The translations under genes were made by a program, and so were the position numbers. A DNA stretch of 64,000 nucleotides from the NCBI GenBank assembly GCA_001949185.1, contig BDGG01000003.1, positions 5,329,092 to 5,393,091 of the forward strand, given 5' to 3'. The notes under the pieces are model-generated. The model made no database searches. It saw nothing but the letters and a program-made list of their open reading frames with translations, and was not told where the DNA came from. The DNA is from Ramazzottius varieornatus. Taxonomy: Eukaryota > Animalia > Tardigrada. Positions within the stretch are counted from its first letter, which is position 1, and every line of letters starts with the position of its first letter. This document shows positions 50,056-60,286 of this stretch, one piece after another.

Positions 50056-51724
50056 CACGGTCTACAAGAAAAAACCGACCCCCATCTGCACTTCTACTTT
50101 TCGTCGATTATCTTCACTGCTGCAGAGTCAACCTGCTCCCAAGTATATTCAAATGAAAGAACGAAACGTGCGCTGCTCCCTTTTAGGTAGAATGGTCAGT
50201 TGAATTGTTTCGCCAATTTTTCCTGAGCTCCGAACCCGAAATCACTGCAAAATCGACCACATGCAATTCAACGAAATTTTTCAAAAAAATAATTTTTACT
50301 ACTACATCTCGCAGCTTTTTTTACATCTCAATAGCCCGATGTAAAGCCCTGGTTCTTCTTCGCCTTAGCAATGCGCGTTGGCATCGAATGGACAAGCTTT
50401 TCGCAGAACTCAGGCTCGATACTATACCAGACGTCAACAATGGCTCTCTCCAGATCGTCCATGTTTTTCAGATGGATCTTTCTCAGTCGCCTATCCACTT
50501 CTGCCCACAGTTGTTCGATAGGGTTGAAGTCAGGACTGTACGGAGCCCAGGACAACAGTTTGGGATGGTTTTTCTTCAACCAGTTGGTCACAAGAATTGA
50601 CGTGTGTTTGGGATCGTTGTCTTGTTGGAACCACCAGCCGCGTTTCAGCTTAAGTTTTCTCCCGGATTCCTTCAAGTTTCTCTTCAAAATCGCTTTGTAG
50701 TAGACAGCGTCCATGTTTCCTCTGATAATGACAAGATTCCTAACACCCGAGCTTGCAAAACAACCCCACACCATGATACTTCCCCCACCATGCTTGACAG
50801 TAGGCACTGTACATTCAGAAAGGAATTCTTCTTCCGGCTTTCGCCATACCATCACTTTCTCATCCGACCCGAAAAGGTTGAATTTGGACTCGTCTGACCA
50901 TAGTACGTTGTTCCAGAAGCTTACTGGCTGTTTTCCATACTACTTACAAAAGTCCAGACGCATTTTCCGGGCATGAGGTTTGATCAACGGTTTCTTGCGG
51001 GCCACTCTTCCATGCAAACCTTTCTCCTGTATCCTGTTCCGAACTGTCTGCTCCGAAATTGACACCGCAAGCTCAGCCTTGATCTCTTCTTTGATAGTGG
51101 AGGCAGATTTCCGTCGATCTCGCAGTACCTTGCGAACGATGAGCCGATCCGTCAGAGCGCTGGTCTTTCTCTTTCTTCCACGTCCCGGCTTCTGGCCGAC
51201 GTTCCCGGTGTCCTTGAAATTTCTCACAATATTGATGACGCTGGTCCGTGGAATACACAACTGCCCAGATATTTCATGGTTCGAAATCTTGTTTAGATGT
51301 TTCTTGATGACAAGATTTCGCACATTGAGACTATACTGCTTCCTCGGAGGAGCCATTCTGAAGAAAATTCCCTGAACATTCCAGCACAAAGAAATCAGCT
51401 GACTGTTTATTGTGTATTGTAGCCCTTGAATTTTTGCCTACCCCGGTGTTTTTTGGAGGGAATTGGAGTTAGGGTTGGGGAATAACTATATTTCTGGTGG
51501 AGGCGAGTGTGCGGAAGTAACTTCTACTCACCCTTCATTTCTGGGTCCTCGAATTTTTCTAACGAATGCTTGCAAACCTAGACAATACCAACCATACTAC
51601 AGTGTACTAGAGTTAACGTTCTACGTTTGTGAAAAGTTTCAGCGTATTTGGACTCTTCTACGCTGAGGAATTAGAGCTCGAGTACAACGATGATACGGGG
51701 GTCGGTTTTTTCTTGTAGACAGTG
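50056..51724 (-). mobile_element. Full-length Tc1 (DD34E) transposon; transposase 51356-50328 with one in-frame stop
   Basis: TA TSD. 28-bp TIR cac(g/t)gtctacaagaaaaaaccgaccccc. Paired-like HTH, GRGRKRKT, WSDESK, VKHGGGSIMVWG, FQQDNDPKH, SPDFNPIE with 34 residues between D and E. TAG at 50940-50942. Confidence 0.97.
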
Positions 51725-52042
51725 TATCTGTTAAAGGTCTCATCTGTCCAGCAAGCCGGCACCAATATTTCACAGATGTACTTTCACAAAGGCTGCGTTG
51801 TGCTACGGCGATGGAAACTTAGCGACAATGATAAGAGCGAAGCGCGCGCTAGTTCGCCATTGCTGCCAAAAACTGTCACCGACCAACTTGGCTGCGTGGC
51901 AAGCCTTCTTTTGCTTGTTGGCAGCTCAGACCTTTCCTACAGCCTGTGGCTCAAAAAAGCCTAAATTCTTTTGTCAAAACATCTACGCTTTCCACTTATT
52001 ATTTTTCTCGTTTCGGACAGAAATCACGTCACCAAGCCTTCG

Positions 52043-55000
52043 TTAAACATTTCTGACAAGGAAACCATACACTATGCCAAAGAATTTGCCAACGAACTGA
52101 GGAATTTCCTTACGAAACATCGAGAAAACATTTTTCTTCTTTACCTGAGATGGATTGTTGGTGAGTAAGAAGCTGCTTTCCGGAGGCGACATGGCAGAAA
52201 ACTCGAGAGTGGTGCCAGCAAAGACGCGTCGACCGGCTGACTTGTCTTTCTCGCTGGCATACCAACCAGCCAACGCACGCATCGTCGCCAACGAGCACTC
52301 CGGAATGCAGCGCCGAGTCTCCGTCACTAGATGCTCTTTGTACATGTCCAGCTAACAAAAGAATCAAAGTCATCGAACATACGAACATGAATTCCATAAG
52401 TTCGAACAGCAGAAGTTGAAAGAACGGACTTACCGCTGGAGCGATCGAAGCTTGGTCCATCGGTATCACACGTAAATTATTCATCACAGCCACGGCTTTC
52501 TTGTATTCTTTCTTGTCGAACAAGTCGAAGAAAGTAAAAAGATCCAACAACAGCAGGACGTTACTCAAAAGGTTCGAGTCTTTCACTCCTCGCATCTTCT
52601 GCAATCTGAAAAACAGATAATAAAAGTCAGTTGAGCCATCCAAATACAGCAGAATTCAGGTATCCTCTGCGGTACCAAACATTCCAAAAATCCTGATTTT
52701 CTTTCGAACGAGTCAGAAAGAAGTTTTCAATCTAAAATATTTCTGGTGGCTCGGCAAGCAAACTCAATAAAATTGTTTTCCCAAGTGGCGCAAATGTACG
52801 GTTAAAAAAGCTGGAAGCTGCGCCACTTGGAAAGGTGATCGCGCCGAGTTGGATTGTTACCCAGGTGGCGCACCCAATCGGTGGTATCTGCCGAAAGCGT
52901 GCGCCACTTGGCAGTAGAATATCGCAAGACTCGTTTGCCCAAGTTCTCATTCCTCACCTCTGGACTGCGATGGCGGAAGTGTTGACGAGATTCTTCCGTT
53001 CCTCACTGTTCCCTAATGACGACGTCAGACAACTGGCCAGCGTTCTCAGTATCACCTTCAACATCAGCTCTTTTTCTTCCGCGATCTCCAGAAGCCTCAC
53101 CGCTTCCACGTTCCTTCCATCCTTCTCGAACTCAGTGGCCACGGCCGTCATGACGGCTTCCGGATCGCTGACGAACTTATGTATCAGTCCCTTCCTCAAC
53201 CGCCCATCCACGTCATTTGCATCGAACTGCCCGAACAGCTTCCACGTCTCTTTCGTGTCCCTGGCTAGTTTGTACACGCATAGCTCGAACATGTTACGGA
53301 AGTTATGTCCATATTTCAACGTATCAAAAATCGGAACGTCTTTTAAGTGAAAGTAATACTCTATGGCAGTCTCGGGACTCTGGCGACGAAACTGTCGGAC
53401 GTAAGACTTGATCATGGCTACGAAATCCAAGTCTGCCGTGAGGTGTACGGGTGACTGTTTGAGGGTGATGGCCATGTGTACTGTGTGGATTCGGAACTTG
53501 GGGTTGTTGAAGAGTCGCTCAAGAGCCAGCTCGAACTGACCGGTGAGCGTGTACACGAGGAAGCATTCGGCGTCGTCGATGGTTTCACTGCCGAATTTCT
53601 CACGGACTAGTTCGGTTAGCTTGGAGTAGGTGAAGGACTTTGGGGAGGAAGTGACTTGGCAGAGTTTCATCCATAACCAGTCGGACACGGTGAAAGCGAC
53701 ACCTACAGGGCCGAAACAACGATAAACTAACTTAACTTTAGTCCAGAAATTAAACCAACGAGAAAATTAATATAATACCCATTTTCAGGCAATGAAAAGT
53801 TCGTTGTAATTTGTTTCTCCAATTTCTCGTGGATTATATTCTACATTAATTTTTAGTTAATTTTAGGATGATGTTTTCGAATGATGTTTTTTGTGACTGT
53901 ATAAACCTGCCTTCTGAGTTTTCGGAGGTTCCCATTTTCGACATGACTGAGTAGACAGCCTTCTGGAAGGTGTCGTCGGTGCCCTTGGTTTGCTTGTACA
54001 AGATTTCCACATCGTTCAAGGCCGAAGCGCTCAAGAACCCACCGTTCTTTCCATAGTCTTTCAAGTACCTGACGAACTTCTTGGTGGTCTCGTCGCCTGC
54101 TTCCGCGAACTGGGTGGCAGTGTCCACTGCACCCATCCGCAGACCGTAGAAGATTAGTGGCCAAACTGGCAACCCTTCCACCCTCATACCGTTGAAAATC
54201 CTGCAAAAAAGCCAATACACCATCAAAACTAACAAAGAGAGCTCGGCAAACAAACTCAAAAGGATTGCTGTCCCAACTGGCGCACGCTGACAGTATAAAT
54301 GGCCGAAGCGCGCGTCACTTAAAAAAACGATATTGCAAAGTTGATTGATTCCTTGAGTGGCGCATTCCTACGGTTTTCTTAGCTGAACGAGTGCGCCACT
54401 TGAGAAACAAATTCTGCCGAATTCGTTTATCAGCGAATTCGAATTTGTTTTTAGTAACGCTGTACTTTTGATTGTTCACTTTGTTTTTTCCTATCTAAAC
54501 GTACAAGCTAGCGCGGTGTTTGGACAGTTGAGATCGAGTGTGCGCCTGGACGACGTCTGTTATGCGCAGTGTAGAGTTGTCCGGACCGAAGCGACTGGCA
54601 GCGCTTTCGTAACAAGTACGTTCCAGGTATTCTTTGGCTGAACGGACGATGTGGCATCTGAATCCAGACGAATCGCGGACTTCCGAGGTGAAGTCAAAGT
54701 CGGACGACAGTTGGAAGGAAGTCATGGCGGAGAAGGCGCGCCACAGCTGCAATGCCGCGTAGTTTCCACTGCGTTGAACTATCTGAGAGAACTTGTCGCA
54801 GAGATTGATCTGTCTGTTGCAAAGAATGGCTTCATTGCATTCTCGAACCTACAAAAGCAGACGAATATTTAGAATACAAAGACATATCTTTTTTTGTCGG
54901 AACATTAGTTGGGAGCTCAGCAAACTAACCCGACGGAATCGCTTTTCCAAGTAGCGCACATTTTCAGCTTGTAACACTGAGAAGTTGCGCCACTTGGGGT

Positions 55001-56050
55001 TACAATCAAACTGGTTAAGATCAGGTTTCACAAATTGCGCACGTTCCTAGCCAAAAACACTTCGACCGTGCGCCAGTTGGAAAAGCGAGTCTGCCCACTT
55101 GTCAGCCGAGCTAATCATTTTATTATTAGTTTCGTGTGAACATTACCCTTCGGGCGAATTCGGCCTCTTCGTCGGTGATATTCCTGTTTCCCGGAACAAC
55201 TTGGTTGTCAGCATTCTCGAAGGAAGTTTTCAACTGTGAGAGACGTTCGCGTTGCTTCTTAAGCAGTTCAGCAAGTCCAGTGGACTCGATGGCAAGGAGG
55301 TCTTGGGAGGCGTGGAAGCGATGGTGGTCAGAATCTTCCAACATGGCAGCCGCTTCGTTTCTTTCTTGAACGACTTTGCGGAAAGCTCGTTCACTTTCAA
55401 GGAGGGCTTCCGTACAGGCATAACGCTGCTTTTCTTGAGAAATCTACCCAGAAGAGCAAGATAATCATTCATAGCCAAACTCGACGAAACCGGACGAAAA
55501 TAAGACGCAGGTAAATAACTTGAACATGATCGCTTTCTCAAGTAGCGCGCATTTCCCGCCAATAACAATGCAAACGTGCGCCACTTGGAATAACGATCTT
55601 GTTCCAGTCCTCTGTAGCTACAAACATGAACTTCACCGTCAGCTCTTTGGGTATCGGAATAATACTGTACGTTCCGTCCCACGTAGTATTACTGGCATCT
55701 GTCGAACGAAAAAATCGTGGTAAAGAAGCAAACCATGTCAGCAGATGTGCAATGGAAGTTTGATGGGGTTTACCTGGTAGGGAATATTTTTTCATTTGGG
55801 ACAAGACAGACTTGTAGCTCGATGGACCAACAGAACTGGGAACTGCAGGTGCTAGCGGATTGGCGAAAGACGAAGCGAGGTTTGCGGTACTGTTCAGCAC
55901 AGAATGCGGATGCAGTGTGGAGGGTTTCCGGGCAGAGCCTTGCACTATGTCGCTTGTGAGGCTCTTCATCGGTGTCCCGATACTGGGGAAACTCACTGTG
56001 CTATCCTTCCAGTCCATGGTGGCCGACATGATAGTGTCGCGTCCTAGCAT
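52043..56050 (-). CDS. NUP93: Nucleoporin Nup93/Nic96-like (divergent; both ends uncertain)
   Basis: Spliced exons give AKEYLE, GLPVWPLIFYGLRMG, VAFTVSDWLWMKL, LTGQFELALERL, HTVHMAITL, MIKSYVRQF...AIEYY, LFG....G.LRKGLI, FFDLF...LRVIP. Confidence 0.88.
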
Positions 56051-56833
56051 TATTCCGGTAGAAGAGGCAAAAATGGTACAAGAAGAAGAACGATGAACGG
56101 TCTGGAAAACAAACGGTGAGCAGTTATATTATGTATTTCAAACTGGGAGGCTATTCTCTGTGAGACTGTCACTTACCAAAAGATGTAAAGTGCGCTAAGG
56201 CTTAGCCAGGAAGTAGGTAATGCCAAAAACGATATGCATGATCACATGGTATGCCAGGAACAAGCGGAAGCCAAACGGTGAAGAGAAGTGTGGTTAGTAC
56301 AACGTCGAACCAAATTTCAGCCAAGGGTTCAGGAAGATCGCTGTGAGCGTAACTACCGCAAACGCTACGAAGAAAGGTCTTCCTGGATGGCCAGGGGAAG
56401 GAAGATGATCCACGATACAAGAAACATCAGCATAGCTGGGTGGGAAAGCTCCCGAGTCCAGATTTGCGGAAAGAAGGCAATGCCGGATGCCGGAATTTCT
56501 GAATGATCTCCACTGCGACAGCTCAAGTCTTCAAAAGACACATTGTGCTAAAGAGCAAAAAGTAACAATCAAAACCGAAAAACGATACGAAAGGCGTGGC
56601 TGCCGTGCGATTGGTCACTGGCGAGGTGATACGAACAATCAACTAGGTGATACGCCAGGATTTGCACTAAAGCGGGTGGAACTCGCCAATCGCAATGTTC
56701 TGACGGTTCTTTCTTGTTTGTTGTGGTTTTTAATGTACCGGCTGTTGCTTTCTTGGACGCTGGAACAAGAGAAGATTTTGTAATTGGCGAGTTGGCGGAC
56801 AGACGGCTCATTGATCACATTCGTTTTGGATCT

Positions 56834-58141
56834 ATGGTTGGAGGTTTTGCACCAATTTTTAGCTGCCGCGCGGTACTCTCCGCTTACAGAAGTGCGCTGA
56901 TGATGACGTTAGCGTCCACCGGAAGAAGCCGAGCTGCTGTACCGGAAAACGCCGACATCTCCTCCAACAGAACTACCCCACCTGGCGCATCCACTTCAGC
57001 AACTGTAGTCAGCTTGTCTAAGGGTAACAGTACAGCAAGCAATTATTAGACCTCAGTATCGTTCTCAAAGTAATGCTGCGGGGTTCACTTCCGGTTGTTC
57101 TTCCCAGACTATGAGCATGCATTGGATCTTGCGAAACGCGCCTTGAAGGCAGAAAAATTGATCGCCCTTCCAACCGACACTATCTACGGCATAGCCGGAC
57201 TCGCGCAGAGTTCTTCCGCTCTACAGAAGATCTACGAAGTGAAGGAACGGGACATCGGCAAGCCTGTTGCGATATGCGTGGGTAAAGCTGCTGACGTCCA
57301 TAAGTAAGACTCTTTTGTCAGCCTGACTCAAGAATTGAGCGCTTCGACTTCCGTTGGCGTATTTCAGATGGGCCTATGTGGATGTTCCTAGTGGGCTTCT
57401 GGAGTCACTTCTTCCAGGACCGGTCACGTTAGTTTTCCGGCGGCGCCCTGAACTAAATCCCGAGCTGAACAGAGGAACTTCCTTAATTGGAGTCCGGGTA
57501 CCGAACCACGCTTACATGCAAAAGTTGGCCGCTTCTTGCGGGGAACCTTTGGCACTAACCAGTGCGAATAAGAGCGGTGGCCAGAGCACTTTATTCGTCG
57601 AGGTGGGTCAGAAAATAGCGGTTGGCTATCTGGAAAATCATGATCTAGGAGATTAACCCGACAGGATCGTTTTTGCAAGTGGCGCACTTTTCCAGCCAAC
57701 AGGACTCGACGCGTGCGTCACTTCGGGAAGTTTGTCAAATTCGCTTGCCGGGCTCCTAGTCAATACCTTTTCATTTCTTTGGACGGTTTCAGGAGTTTAA
57801 GGAATTATGGCCACATTTAGAGCTCGTTGTTGATGGCGGTCGTTCGTCAGGATTATCCGAAGATGTAGCAAGGTTGGGCTCGACCGTGGTTGACCTCTCG
57901 CAACCTGCAACCTTCAGCATTATTCGAGACGGAAGGTACGACCATACAGATACTTATACATGAGTAAACGCCCAGCGATAATCTACGCTACCTGGAACAA
58001 CATGTTCTTTCTGCTGCTCGCAGTGCGCTTCTGCCTACAGTGAGCGTCTTGAAGAAGTTCGGCCTCACGAACAAACAAGAACTTGAGGTAACTGTGGCTA
58101 ACGGTGCTGTTAATTGCACCGTACAGAGGGACCAAAGATAG
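56834..58141 (+). CDS. YRDC: Threonylcarbamoyl-AMP synthase (YRDC/Sua5), 5 exons
   Basis: IALPTDTIYGI, IYEVKER..KPVAI, LLPGPVTLV, GVRVP, PLALTSANKSG, VDGG, GSTVVDLS, IIRDG. The N-terminal extension could be a transit peptide. Confidence 0.95.
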
Positions 58142-58388
58142 CTTGTACAACGTGAAAATGTTCTGTTAAAGATAGAAATTCTTCCCCATATGCTGCTGTC
58201 CGCTTTAGAACGTTTACGAGGAACTTAGAAAACCCACCGTGTGAATCCGTACAACGCATGAAACAAAAAACTTATCATTCATAATCTTTCCTCACCCGCA
58301 CATATTCTTACTCCGTTCAAAGCAGGCTCGGAGATCGGAGAAAGTATGGGAAAGAATGCTTGTAGTTAGTCATCCCAAGGAAGGAAAC

Positions 58389-59757
58389 TCAGACCATAGC
58401 TTTGGTTCTGTCTTTCTCGTCCGCGGCATTCTTGCTCCATCCGAACAATATCTTGTCCTTTGCACCTTCCAACTGTTCATGCACCTTGTCGAGCGAAACG
58501 TCCCCATCTATAACCTACGGCCATGCAAGCATAAGTTCGATGCGATAGACTGGTCAAGCTTTCGGAATACCAACGTACCATAACCGGCGCCGGAAGTGGG
58601 TACTTCCGTCCCACTATCCAGTCTTCGTAGCACCGATGCAGCTGCCGTAAATATTCCTTTAGCGAAGAGAAAACATTCTGTCATCCAAGCCGTGGAAATC
58701 AACCACAGGGTACTTACTACTGTGATCGACAGCTCTTCTTTCCTTCCGCGTCGAAGTATCCGTTCATGCGCCACTTCCGGTGAGGTCCGGATGTACACCA
58801 TCAGGTCCACCGTAACGTTTTGCCGGGTTTGAAGGTACCCATGAAACTGCTGCTCCAGCTTCTGGTACTCTTCTTCGGTCAGCATTCCACTAGAATAACC
58901 AATCAACAAAATGAAGAAGTGCAACTTGGAGGTTTTCGAGTCTTCGACTTACTTGTTTCGGAGGTTCTCGATGAAGACGTAACGAGCGCTGTAGAAGGAC
59001 CGCTCGATCAGACTGACGGGCTTGTCTAGGCCTTGGTCGTGTAAGTCTACCATGGTATCGAGAACGTACTGTTGGAAAGCGAAGCTGTTAGCTTTCGGAT
59101 CTTTGTACATCAGGTCCTACGGAAGAAAACTGTCAGACTCGAAAATGACATTCACGAAACAGGTAAAATTATTGATGTGAGCTTACCAACAAATTCTTTC
59201 CGTCTTTATTCCTCCACAGCTCAATAGGCTCCTCCAGAATCTAAAAAACGAAGGATCACAGTTCCAACTCACCGCCGAACAAGAGAACGATGAAGCGGAG
59301 TGAGGCTGATGACACACAGCAAGAGGATTGCGAAGAACTCGGAGCAAGCAACTGACCGTTGTCGACGGGTAATTCGAGAAGAAATTCAAAAACTCGGCCT
59401 TTCCACATCCTATGTTCCCCTCGACGAGAACCTGCAACCGAGAACGCCCCCATTCAGTTTCCTCTTTTTCATAAGAGGTAAGATTGGCGCTAGCGACTGG
59501 ATCCGCGCACTGACCGTCGAATGAGTCTGTTTCGGGAATGACTCGCTGAACATCGATAAGACCTTCCCGCTTTCATCCGGGGAAGTCGCCGATACATCAC
59601 CGTTGACTTCCGTCACCGCAAAGGTGCTCATTGTGGTGGGAAAACTATTGAGCGTGTAGCTCCGTTGCTTCTTGTAGGGGAAAGAAAGAGCTTTCCGACG
59701 GGCAAAACGTAACGTAGAGACAAATGAGATCAGCAGCGGATTGATCACCCCGGCCAT
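58389..59757 (-). CDS. Deoxynucleoside kinase (dNK/TK2-like), 7 exons
   Basis: VLVEGNIGCGK, EPIELWRN, LMYKDP...FQ.YV, IERSFYSARYVFIENL, DLMVYIRTSPEVAHERI..RGRKEE, YLRQLH..YEDW. Confidence 0.93.
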
Positions 59758-59941
59758 CGATGTATCCTTACGCCAACCACCTTTGACGCTCTCCTGGCCG
59801 CCTCGACAAACCTGGGAAGAGAAGCAGAAGGACAACAAGCCGAGAGCGTCCACATTCCGGAAGCAGACAAACAGTGGGTAAAACTTAGTCAACCGGAAGT
59901 GCTTTCACTTGCGAGATTGCGATTCTTCTTCACGGTACTAT

Positions 59942-59980
59942 ACCGAATTGCCTGCCTAAACTATAGGCAGGCAATTCGGT
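59942..59980. promoter_or_regulatory. Perfect 17-bp hairpin between the divergent dNK and eIF5B genes
   Basis: accgaattgcctgccta-aacta-taggcaggcaattcggt. The regulatory role is inferred from position only. Confidence 0.5.
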
Positions 59981-60286
59981 GTTCGACCTGACGAACCGAT
60001 CAAGCCAATGCTTCGCTTGATTGATACCTTCTGTTCTTTTCTCCGCGATATGGGCCATGTGGCCAACCAGTATTGGCAGGCCAAAGTGGGTGTCGTGATA
60101 GAACGCGTTAATTACAGTAAATGACGGTACGGTCACTCTGGTACGGTATTAATGATTGGAGCTTGTCTGTCGGACTTGTGATCATTCCTTCTGCCCTTCG
60201 AGTTGAAGTGATCTGCTGCTGGTGCTTACCACGTCGTATCTTGGTTTCTGACAGGTTCATGCTGTATACCTTCTTTCACGAGAAAC

